From contig JBHIEI010000012.1 of assembly GCA_046760555.1 (NCBI GenBank), forward strand, positions 1-31,283: a DNA stretch of 31,283 nt, read 5' to 3'. Positions 1-8,101 of the stretch are shown piece after piece. Origin of the DNA: Candidatus Bathyarchaeia archaeon. Lineage in GTDB: Archaea > Thermoproteota > Bathyarchaeia > JBHIEI01. Below the pieces are notes generated by a model that saw nothing but the letters and a program-made list of their open reading frames with translations, was not told the DNA's origin and searched no databases. The position numbers and the translations under genes are program-made. The stretch's first letter is position 1; every line of letters begins with the position of its first letter.

Positions 1-50
1 ATCCATGGATCTGGAGTAAAAATACGAGTTTCGGCGTTTTCAACATTCCC

Positions 51-653
51 CTACATTTCCTTCGTGAAATCTTCAAACGCATGAAGGGCCCATCCGACAA
101 TCTGGTTGGCAAGGTGAGTGATACCCTGTACCCCGAGGTTTCTTATCGGGGAAATCAACATTGACTCAACCGTCTTCTTGACGCCGTTCCTAATAGTCGC
201 CTTCTGAAGCCTTTAAAGGCGGTATCGGCGATGTAAACAACCCCTTCTTCCTTGTCGATCCCTGCTATCACTACAGAGTGAGCACCGAAGTGAGCCTCCT
301 CAGGTAAGCCCAAGTACTTAAGATACGTACATCGATGTGGATCATCACCGGAGTATCATTGGCGATCAGCTCTCTCATGGTTCGGTAAGCTCGAGATCTG
401 CTGGATGTCTTGTGAACCCCAAATTCATGCCGAGATTTTCACAGAGATTCCCATCCAAATCCCTACCTCTGCCTCCAACAAAGGGATAGGGTGCCTGCTT
501 GGTCTCCCAATAGGTAAATCCAAGCCCACTTCCCAGTCCAAATATCATGGGCTCGGAAAACCTGAATCCGTGATATTCGAACACGTCCCTCAAAGCAGAC
601 GAGTCGCAATGAACGCCGGGTCTGTGAACAAATCCCTTTAGAATCCTCCTCAT
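51..653 (-). pseudogene. Degraded BtrH_N-like gene (butirosin BtrH N-terminal domain / DUF4872 family), split over at least three reading frames
   Basis: The intact 92-aa ORF 375-653 carries an FGLGSGLGFTYW...PFVGGRG region that I recall from the BtrH_N family. Downstream on the same strand the protein-like sequence continues in shifted frames (PVMIHIDVRILSTWAY; EEAHFGAHSVVIAGIDKEEGVVYIADTAFKGF; ATIRNGVKKTVESMLISPIRNLGVQGITHLANQIVGWALHAFEDFTKEM, stop at 51-53). Each segment ends in an in-frame stop. Confidence 0.4.
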
Positions 654-677
654 CGTAATCCTAACTTGATCGTACGA

Positions 678-1676
678 TTAACGGGGAGGCCTAGTGAAGT
701 GCGTCCATCCGACTGGCTTCACCTCTTCCTCAACGCCGTTCTTGCGAAGAACGATCTTCTGAACCCTCGTCGCATAGCCGATTTTGAGAAGCTCCCCACC
801 GACCTCCCGGACGGCATCCGACGCCCTTACCCAACCCCCCGGTTTAACGGTTGCAACCAGCTCGAACTCCTCACCCCCGTATAGGGCCAACTCCTCGGCA
901 CTTAACCCATTCAGATCAGCAAAGACCTTTGCCTCCTCAGCGATCGGGAGATCGGTTACGCAGAACCCGACTCGGCTTGCAAGGGAAAGCTCGTGGAGGC
1001 TCCAAGCAAGACCGTCACTGGAGTCGATCGACGATGATGCCACCCTGCTCCTGGCCAGGGCGATACCCTCCTTGACCCTGGCTCTTGGTAAGTACACAGA
1101 ATCGAGCAACTTCTTTCTCATCGGCGTTGGGGCACTAAGTCCCTCCAAAAGAAGCTTAAGACCAGCAGCAGTCCTTCCGAAGTGCCCCGAGACAACCAAG
1201 ATGTCGCCAGGGTTAGCGCCTCCTCTTCTCACGATTTCCCCTTGTTTCCAGACACCGAGCAGGCTGCAAGATACTACCACATCATCGCTCTCATTCGTAT
1301 CGCCCCCAATCACGTACGCGCCGTACTCGCGTGCACCGGCATCAAGACCCTTGGCGATTTGTACGACATCACCTTCGGTTAAGTCGCGTGGCAAACCAAC
1401 GGAACACAGAGCGATCAGAGGCTGTACACCCTTGGATGCCAGATCGGAGATGTTCATCACTACGGCCTTCCTAGCCGCCTGCCACAACGTCATCCCCGGC
1501 GGTACATCGGTCTTACCGACCAGCATATCCGTTTTTAGTATCCCGATCATGCCTTTGCCTATGTCAACGGCCGACACATCATCCCCGAATGGTACCGGCA
1601 AGCCCTTTGGTATCGTTAAATGCTTTCTAAAGATTGAGATGATCTCTCGCTCGCCAAGTTGATCCAGACGTCGCAA
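678..1676 (-). CDS. thiL: Thiamine-monophosphate kinase (AIR synthase-related, PurM-like fold)
   Basis: 332-aa ORF aligning motif by motif with ThiL: PFGDDVSAV (ThiL GDDCA), ILKTDMLV, IGGDTNES, SSIDSSDGL, YGGEEFEL. Confidence 0.8.
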   Translation of the reverse strand: MRRLDQLGEREIISIFRKHLTIPKGLPVPFGDDVSAVDIGKGMIGILKTDMLVGKTDVPPGMTLWQAARKAVVMNISDLASKGVQPLIALCSVGLPRDLTEGDVVQIAKGLDAGAREYGAYVIGGDTNESDDVVVSCSLLGVWKQGEIVRRGGANPGDILVVSGHFGRTAAGLKLLLEGLSAPTPMRKKLLDSVYLPRARVKEGIALARSRVASSSIDSSDGLAWSLHELSLASRVGFCVTDLPIAEEAKVFADLNGLSAEELALYGGEEFELVATVKPGGWVRASDAVREVGGELLKIGYATRVQKIVLRKNGVEEEVKPVGWTHFTRPPR

Positions 1677-1730
1677 CTTCCAAATAGGAAGCCAGCTGTG
1701 GTCTTAAAATACGTTCTCCCAACCGGAAAG

Positions 1731-1742
1731 TCAATTTTTAAC
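1731..1742 (+). promoter_or_regulatory. Putative archaeal TATA box for the downstream tRNA
   Basis: AT-rich caatttttaac about 27 nt upstream of the tRNA 5-prime end at 1768. Confidence 0.3.
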
Positions 1743-1767
1743 AGGTAGGATACAATTATGGAACTAC

Positions 1768-1858
1768 GCCCCGATAGCTTAGCGGTTAAAGCTTAGAAAG
1801 CGGCCAAAGCACCAGCTCGGTAAGCTGGTGATCGCGGGTTCAAATCCCGCTCGGGGCT
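1768..1858 (+). tRNA. Intron-containing tRNA, anticodon tentatively GGT (Thr), with an about 18-nt insert between D-arm and anticodon arm
   Basis: Acceptor GCCCCGA pairs with TCGGGGC. D-arm is GCTT-AGCGGTTA-AAGC and T-arm is GCGGG-TTCAAAT-CCCGC. The hairpin CCAGC-TCGGTAA-GCTGG precedes a 5-nt variable loop, which gives anticodon GGT. Position 33 would be C, which is unusual. The extra TTAGAAAGCGGCCAAAGC lies between the D-stem and the anticodon stem. Total length is 91 nt and no CCA is encoded. Confidence 0.55.
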
Positions 1859-1927
1859 CTAGGGTAGGGATTTCGTTTCAGAGATCGAATGGGATAAAAA
1901 AGAAAAAACTGAGGATCTAATCCAATA

Positions 1928-2512
1928 ATGGAAGAAACGATCAAAAATCTAGTCAAAGCGTTCATTGGCGAGAGCCAAGCAAGAAATCGTTATTCGTTCT
2001 ATACGAAGACTGCCAAAAATGAAGGGTTTGAGCAGATCGCGGAGATTTTTCTGATAACGGCGGAGAACGAGAAAGAACATGCGAGTACCCTATTTGGGTT
2101 AATCGACGAGTTGAAGAAGAAAGGCGGTGAAGAGTTGGGTGAGGTCAGGGTGGAGGCAGTAGCTCCAACCGTGCTTGGCAATACAGCAAAGAACTTAGAT
2201 GCCGCGATTGCCGGAGAAAATTATGAGCATACGAGAATGTACCCAGAATTTGCAGATGCTGCTGATGAAGAAGGTCATCCTGAGATTGCGAAGAGGTTGA
2301 GAGCGATCGCTAAAGCAGAGGGTCACCACGAAGAGAGATTCGGGAAACTTCTAAAAGAGGTAGAAGCTGGTACAGTTTTCAAAAAAGGAAAAGAAGTTTG
2401 GTGGGTATGCATGGAATGCGGATACGTTCATTATGGGAAGGAACCACCAGAGAGATGCCCATCGTGCGATCATCCGAGGGGTTACTTCCAACTCAAATGT
2501 GAAGCATATTAG
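1928..2512 (+). CDS. rbr: Rubrerythrin with a C-terminal rubredoxin-like CxxC...CxxC domain
   Basis: 194 aa with diiron ExxH-type motifs ([24 protein letters not shown]) and a C-terminal CMECGY...CPSCDHP. It follows an A-rich promoter-like stretch and GAGGATC upstream. Confidence 0.9.
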   Translation: MEETIKNLVKAFIGESQARNRYSFYTKTAKNEGFEQIAEIFLITAENEKEHASTLFGLIDELKKKGGEELGEVRVEAVAPTVLGNTAKNLDAAIAGENYEHTRMYPEFADAADEEGHPEIAKRLRAIAKAEGHHEERFGKLLKEVEAGTVFKKGKEVWWVCMECGYVHYGKEPPERCPSCDHPRGYFQLKCEAY

Positions 2513-3094
2513 GAGAGTACGCAACTTCACGAACTTTGGATATCCTTCCAGCGTCGATCAAAAGCACATGAGCTACAAGCCGTCCTTATGATTACAGGGT
2601 TAGCTGCCCCTCGATTCACGGGGTCTTTATTTCAGGGATGGGGGTGAACTTTCTCAAGTGGATGGTGAGAAAGGATGGAGAAAACCACAGTTCTATCATC
2701 CATCGGACAAACCTCTGGAGGATTGGTACACTTTTGTGGCGTTTTGCTCCCTTGCGAGCACGTGGTCTCCCTCCTCAGTCTCCGGCGCACTTGCGACAAG
2801 AAGCACCAAACCGTGTTTACTTTGCCAAAGCCTAAGACAGTCTTGCCATCGGCCATCGATTCCATTAGCCGAAGCATCCCACGTTTTAGATTTATGATAC
2901 CCTTCGGCCCTTTTCCTCAGATGTCTCCTTAGCGAGGGACCCAACACCGAGAATGAAGCTATAGCCCTTTATTCTGACTGAACACTTCATCGAGCATGAT
3001 GTGTAGCCGGTGTCTTATATCCGGAGTGTATCCCGCTCGGGCTTTGCTCTAAATCGGGACTGCCCTCCTCAGTGCCTTAATGGTAATATAATAG

Positions 3095-3355
3095 TTGCCA
3101 TACACTCAGCATGGATATATTACGAGTGATCGAAAGGCAATCCCTCTTGATCGTTTCAAGTATCTTATTGGTCTCGCTTTTGAACCGTTTCCCCCTGCTA
3201 AAGCCCATGTCCATGGCTTCGAGTACATGAGCGATAATTCCGATGCTTTACAGGAGATCAACGCCCGTCGTTTAGAGGGACGGATCTGTCCCATGGGTGA
3301 AAAAGTGGCGATCGGACAGCGGAGGGATCACGACGGTGCGCGTGGTATTAATTAA
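3095..3355 (+). CDS. Hypothetical small protein (TTG start) immediately upstream of and overlapping the radical SAM gene; an alternative 39-aa leaderless ORF begins at ATG 3111 in another frame
   Basis: 86-aa ORF from the six-frame track with no recognisable family. The TATA-like taatataatag at 3073-3083 would place a transcription start near ATG 3111. Confidence 0.2.
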   Translation: MPYTQHGYITSDRKAIPLDRFKYLIGLAFEPFPPAKAHVHGFEYMSDNSDALQEINARRLEGRICPMGEKVAIGQRRDHDGARGIN

Positions 3356-4931
3356 ACCCCACGACACTTACGGCGACGCCTACCAGGCTGCTTTCGGAGT
3401 CCGTATGCCGCCGTTAGGACTGGCAACTCTCGCCGCGGTGCTAAGGGAAAACGGTCATAAGGTTAGGATCATAGACACGAACGTTTCCAAGCTCACCGAT
3501 GATGAACTTATTGACGAGATCGCCAGGTTCAGGTCCCAACTCGTTGGCTTCACCACGATAGCCTCTACGCTCTATCCCCACGCGGCACGGCTAGCAAGGA
3601 AGATTAAGTCCAACTTTCCAGACATCGTAACGGTAGCTGGGGGTCACCACATCACATTCACATACCCGGAGGCCCTATCGGAGGGAATCGACTTCTGTGT
3701 CCTGGGGGAGGGTGAGCTCACACTTCTAGAACTGGTAACTCGACTCGAATCAAATGGAGACACTGAAAGCATTCGGGGGATCGCTTTCATGAGCTCTCAA
3801 GGCAATGTGATAAGGACGCCTCCACGACTCCCCATACGGAGCCTGGACGTACTCCCCTTTCCCGCGAGGGACCTACTTGACAACGAAAAGTACACGGTCG
3901 ACATCCTCGAAAAAGGTGCCAAGTTGGCAACTCTGGAAACGAGTCGGGGTTGCCCCTATCGGTGTGATTTTTGCACGGTGCCAGCCATGTGGGGTCGTAG
4001 ATGGCGCTTCAAAAGCAACTCCCGGATCATCGAGGAGCTGGAGCTTCTCGAAAGAGCAGGCTTCAAGTACGTCTTCTTTGTAGACGACATCTTCTGGATC
4101 CCCAGCTTTGAAGAGAGGAAGAAACAACTCTTTGAGGAGATGATCGAACGCGGTTTTCAGTTCCGATGGTTGTGTCAGATCAGAACCGATTCGGTGACGG
4201 GAAACCCGAAACTCGTTAAACTAGCGGCGAAAGCCGGAATGGTGATCGCATTCCTCGGTATAGAATCGGGCGACGAACGAGTCTTGGCGACGATCGGGAA
4301 GAATGTTAGACCACCCATGGCGGAAAAAGCCGTCCAAATCCTGGATGAAAATGGCGTCATGGCATACGGTGGTTTTATCCTAGGTTCACCCGGTGAGAGC
4401 ATAGAACAGACGAGAAACACGATACAGTTTGCCCATGATTTGGGGCGAAAAGGCATGGCCGTAGCGCAGTTCACTGTATACACCCCGCTTCCCGGGTCCT
4501 CATCCTTTTATCGAAGCGCCAGGAACGACCGAATTCTGACCTACGACTGGTCTAGGTTCGATTGCATGCACCCAGTCCTACGAACAAGTTGGCTACCTTG
4601 GAAACTCTACTTGGAGACCAAACTGGCGCACTATAGGTTCTACATTCGAAGGGCATTTAGCTCGATCAGGGAACTGAATAAAACCCCGAAGCCGTATCTC
4701 AACCACGCCACCCGTTTCGTGATGAATCGCTTACCACATTACGCCCTAGGTCTCATTAAGCTACCCTTTGAAATGGTCGATGTTTTTAGATACCTGAAGA
4801 GGCCGAAGTCAATCTCATCCGAGCCGCTTCGCAAAATCCTTGATAGCGAAGGCTTCGACATCTTAGGATCGATGAAGAAATGGACTCGCGTGGATGAGAT
4901 AGGCGACCTCTCGCTCACCCAAAGGCAATAG
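3336..4931 (+). CDS. Cobalamin (B12)-binding radical SAM enzyme, class B, substrate unknown
   Basis: The N-terminal B12-binding-like domain (VVLIKP...GLATLAAVLRENGH...VAGGHH) is followed by the radical SAM motif GCPYRCDFC. I call the start at GTG 3336 (MRVVLIKP), which is typical for this family. The track ORF starts at ATG 3297. Confidence 0.85.
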   Translation: MRVVLIKPHDTYGDAYQAAFGVRMPPLGLATLAAVLRENGHKVRIIDTNVSKLTDDELIDEIARFRSQLVGFTTIASTLYPHAARLARKIKSNFPDIVTVAGGHHITFTYPEALSEGIDFCVLGEGELTLLELVTRLESNGDTESIRGIAFMSSQGNVIRTPPRLPIRSLDVLPFPARDLLDNEKYTVDILEKGAKLATLETSRGCPYRCDFCTVPAMWGRRWRFKSNSRIIEELELLERAGFKYVFFVDDIFWIPSFEERKKQLFEEMIERGFQFRWLCQIRTDSVTGNPKLVKLAAKAGMVIAFLGIESGDERVLATIGKNVRPPMAEKAVQILDENGVMAYGGFILGSPGESIEQTRNTIQFAHDLGRKGMAVAQFTVYTPLPGSSSFYRSARNDRILTYDWSRFDCMHPVLRTSWLPWKLYLETKLAHYRFYIRRAFSSIRELNKTPKPYLNHATRFVMNRLPHYALGLIKLPFEMVDVFRYLKRPKSISSEPLRKILDSEGFDILGSMKKWTRVDEIGDLSLTQRQ

Positions 4932-5145
4932 GCTTCCGCCTCCGTAGGCCCCTTCTGAGATGAGAACCGCTTTTCGAATCTTTCATAATATCTATGATAG
5001 AACACATTTGGCACCAAAAATGAGAAGGAAATTCAAACCTGGCTGGCTGATTATTGTTTCCGCCCCGCTCATCTGACTTGGGGGCCTTCGCCGAAAGATT
5101 TGGTATCTAGAGGAAGATAGACTTGACGTCGTTCAGCTGGGGGCT

Positions 5146-7362
5146 TCACATTGCGTCCTGCCTCACAACGAATGACACCGGCGGGCTCTCAACCTCAGAG
5201 CCATATTCGCCCCCCTCCCAGCTTGCCCTCACAGTCCACTGCCCGATCATGTCGGCTTTATAGACATCCCTGAAATTGCCGTTGGTATCGGTGAAGACAA
5301 CGCGCGTAAACGTGTATCCGTCGGGTCTCGTGTACTTTAAAGTGATCTTAGTATAACCTTCCGCTGCCCGTCTGATCAAAGTTAGCCCCGGGTTGATCGA
5401 GCCGTAGACGATGACGCCCTGATCAGGGGTCACGCTTTGCTTCGAGACGTAGCACGTGATAGGGCGAGGTTTAGGAATGACCCAGCTCAGCACGATAGAC
5501 GCTATCGATGAGCCTGCCCATACCCTGGGCTCGAGGGTCCCCAGCCCGTCCCAGTCGATCGTGAAGGAGCTCGGCCCATCGATGGTTATCGGGTCGAGAA
5601 GGAACCTATCGTTCTCCGCATCGTAGACGTCTACCGTGCCGCTTCCGGAGAACAGAATAGTTACCGTTACGGGCTCTTTGTTCCACCGCGACATGTAAAC
5701 CATACAGTAATCGTAACCACCGTGTGAGTACTTAGGCACACGGAAGAATCCTAGGAGATCTTCTAGGTAGTATTTGTGACCCACGACAAATGTCACCGGA
5801 AAACTCTCGACTTTGTCGCTATATTCGCCGCCATCCCAAATTGCCTTAACTTTCCACTCTCCAGCCATATCGGCTTTGTAAACATCTATGAAATTACCAT
5901 TTCTATCGACATCGACAACGCGGGTGAATGTATAGCCATCAGGCCTCGTGTATCTCAAATTGACGTTAGCATAGTTACCAGTCGGGTTGATCGAGCCGTA
6001 GACGATGACGCCCTGATCAGGGGTCACGCTTTGCTTCGAGACGTAGCACGTGATAGGGCGAGGTTTAGGAATGACCCAGCTCAGCACGATAGACGCTATC
6101 GATGAGCCTGCCCATACCCTGGGCTCGAGAACCCCCCGCCCGTCCCAATAAATAGTGAAGGTCGTGGAGTTGGTTATCCTTGACGGTTTTAAAAGGAATC
6201 TGTTGTTCTCGATGTCCAGGACGTCGGCCACCCCTGCACCGTAGAAGGATATTTTGATTGTGACTGGTTCTTGTCCCCTTCTCGTTAGATAGAGCATAGA
6301 ATGGTCGTAACCGCCATGGGGGTACAGAGGTAGACTAAAGGGACTTGTGAGATCCTCCAAAACGTATCTATTCCCTAGCTCGAAAGAGGCTGAGCTCTTG
6401 GACCCATAATGATCCTCGTCCCCCGCCCAGCTCGCTTTCACCCTCCACAAGCCGATCTTGTCTGGTGTGAAAACGTCCCTGAAGCCGCCATCGGCATCTG
6501 TTTGAACGGTATGCGTGATCGTGTAACCGTCGGGGGCCGTATACCTTAGAGTAACGGTTGCGTAAGGCCGCAAGGGCACGATCGAGCCACTGACCGTGAT
6601 GCTCTGACCGTAGGAGATGCTTGAGCCCGAAAGGGAGCACGAAATGGAGCTTTCGGAAACTTGCAGTTCGAACTGTCTGCTAGTATCAATCTCATAGACT
6701 TGGGTGCCTACTCCCTGATATTCCCGGGGGACGCCCCCCATTCGCCAACCCTCTCCAGCCGTTTCGCAGTAGTAGTATCTCCTCCCACCGTGGGCGACGT
6801 AACCCCCCTCAAGACTCTCACGACTCCACACCCCGACAGCAAGATGCCCGGGCGGTTGTATGTAGATGGCATCGTAGCCCAGGACCGAGATGAGTGAGGC
6901 AAATAGTATTGAGGTATCCTCGCAGTCCCCTCCGTTATCGACCAGTGTCTCTAAGGGGAAACGAGGATAGTCGTCGTATTCGGTGGTTACTTCGTCAGAG
7001 GTGTATGGTAGGCTTTGGACGAAGGCCAAAATGAAGTCGACTTTCTCATTGTGATCCCATCCCTTTTCAGCGTACCTTGCCTCCAGCGTGTCGGCAATTG
7101 TCTTGACGTAGTGGTCTTCGGTCGTTGATAGGTAACTGTAATCGTACCTTTTCATTATGGAGACGCTTCTGTAGGCATTGTAGTGGCTAAGCGGAATTTC
7201 GAGCTCCAAAGTCCAAGTATAGCCACGGTAGCTCCATCTATAGTCTCGAGTGATAACCCGCCGAGAAATAGTTGGGGATCCTTGGGTTGCAAGCACCTCG
7301 ATGGGGAATATAGAGAACGAGAGAATTAGAATCAGAATGAAGCATAGGATGCGACCCTTCAT
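5146..7362 (-). CDS. Secreted transglutaminase-like cysteine protease-fold protein with three tandem repeat domains of about 190 aa
   Basis: Signal peptide MKGRILCFILILILSFSIFPIEVLATQG. Transglutaminase-like core GGDCEDTSILFASLISVLGYDAIYIQPPGHLAVGVW, providing the Cys and His of the catalytic triad. Three repeats follow the pattern ...YT.PDGYT.T..V.TD.NGNF.DV...D..G.W.V.A.W.G.EY... Confidence 0.8.
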   Translation of the reverse strand: MKGRILCFILILILSFSIFPIEVLATQGSPTISRRVITRDYRWSYRGYTWTLELEIPLSHYNAYRSVSIMKRYDYSYLSTTEDHYVKTIADTLEARYAEKGWDHNEKVDFILAFVQSLPYTSDEVTTEYDDYPRFPLETLVDNGGDCEDTSILFASLISVLGYDAIYIQPPGHLAVGVWSRESLEGGYVAHGGRRYYYCETAGEGWRMGGVPREYQGVGTQVYEIDTSRQFELQVSESSISCSLSGSSISYGQSITVSGSIVPLRPYATVTLRYTAPDGYTITHTVQTDADGGFRDVFTPDKIGLWRVKASWAGDEDHYGSKSSASFELGNRYVLEDLTSPFSLPLYPHGGYDHSMLYLTRRGQEPVTIKISFYGAGVADVLDIENNRFLLKPSRITNSTTFTIYWDGRGVLEPRVWAGSSIASIVLSWVIPKPRPITCYVSKQSVTPDQGVIVYGSINPTGNYANVNLRYTRPDGYTFTRVVDVDRNGNFIDVYKADMAGEWKVKAIWDGGEYSDKVESFPVTFVVGHKYYLEDLLGFFRVPKYSHGGYDYCMVYMSRWNKEPVTVTILFSGSGTVDVYDAENDRFLLDPITIDGPSSFTIDWDGLGTLEPRVWAGSSIASIVLSWVIPKPRPITCYVSKQSVTPDQGVIVYGSINPGLTLIRRAAEGYTKITLKYTRPDGYTFTRVVFTDTNGNFRDVYKADMIGQWTVRASWEGGEYGSEVESPPVSFVVRQDAM
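5389..5535. repeat. 147-bp perfect direct repeat, copy 1, inside the secreted-protein gene
   Basis: Identical to 5983-6129, checked base by base. It encodes LEPRVWAGSSIASIVLSWVIPKPRPITCYVSKQSVTPDQGVIVYGSINP in repeat units 2 and 3. Confidence 0.9.
5983..6129. repeat. 147-bp perfect direct repeat, copy 2, inside the secreted-protein gene
   Basis: Identical to 5389-5535. Flanking sequence is only about 70-80% similar. Confidence 0.9.
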
Positions 7363-7568
7363 CCTTTTCTACACCATTATCTCGTCCAGAATATGAGTTA
7401 TAACGCCGTTATGGCGTCCCTTTTCCCTTGGAGACCAACTGGCACTTCGCCATCATTACCCACAGTTGTTCAAGATAATGGATTTGAAAACTTAATAACA
7501 GTTTGAATTGACCTGCCACCGAGAGGTGTTACTTTGGCGGGAAGAGGCGGAGAGATGCTGGACTAGGG

Positions 7569-8008
7569 TTGAAAGAGCTGATAGAGGAGCTAAACAAAGC
7601 CTACGCCGACGAGTGGATCGCATATTTCTACTACACCTGGGCGGCTGAGGTCGCCTCGGGGATCAATCCGCCAGCGGTGGTTAGCGATTTAGAGAGAATC
7701 GCCAAGGATGAGTTGGAACACCAATCGGAACTGGCGGCAAGAATGTTAGAGCTGGGAGGAGAACCGTGAGAGACCTCAAGAACCTACAGCTAACGGCAAA
7801 CTGCTCAAAAGTCAACTTCCCGGAAGATCCTGACGATTTAAAGGGGATGATCAGGGCGCGCATAGAGGCCGAGAATTGCGCCATCGATGTCTATAACAAT
7901 TTACTGAAAAAGCTAGAAGGGATCAAGGACCCAGTGACGTCCCACCTTATAGGTCATATCCTGTCAGAGGAAGTGGAACACAAGAATGCCTTCGAAAACC
8001 TGCTCTGA
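7569..8008 (+). pseudogene. dpsL: DpsL-like (DPS-like, bacterioferritin-related diiron) gene interrupted by a single-nucleotide frameshift near 7764-7768
   Basis: Two adjacent ORFs lie in different frames: 7569-7769 and 7766-8008. Joined, they read ...YFYYTWAAEV...DELEH...ELGGEP|VRDLKNL...EAENCAIDVYNNL...SEEVEHKNAFENLL. This is colinear with Sulfolobus DpsL (YYYYT, ELGGGLPRDIRQL, EAEQCAIRTW, QEEIEHEAWFLELL). One missing base, possibly a G in ccgGtg, would restore the frame. Confidence 0.55.
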
Positions 8009-8101
8009 GACCTCTATCCAGCTCTAGTAAAAATCAGATCTGCCTACTTTCAAGTGATATCCGCTGGGCACTTGGTACAAATCCACTGGGGCTTTTGATG
8101 A

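Noticed and set aside
784-1662. 292-aa ORF antisense to thiL, plus 851-1075 and 1182-1382
   Set aside because: They lie entirely inside the well-supported thiL gene on the opposite strand. Their Ser/Pro/Thr/Arg-rich composition is typical of antisense frames in GC-rich genes.
3873-4483. Antisense ORFs inside the radical SAM gene (3873-4127, 4175-4483) and the + strand ORF 3877-4083
   Set aside because: They are nested in a strongly supported CDS and have no motifs.
5776-6902. ORFs 5776-6105(+), 6368-6640(-), 6661-6897(+), 6708-6902(-) within the secreted-protein gene
   Set aside because: These are overlapping or antisense frames of the 738-aa gene, which is far better supported by its signal peptide, domain motifs and repeats.
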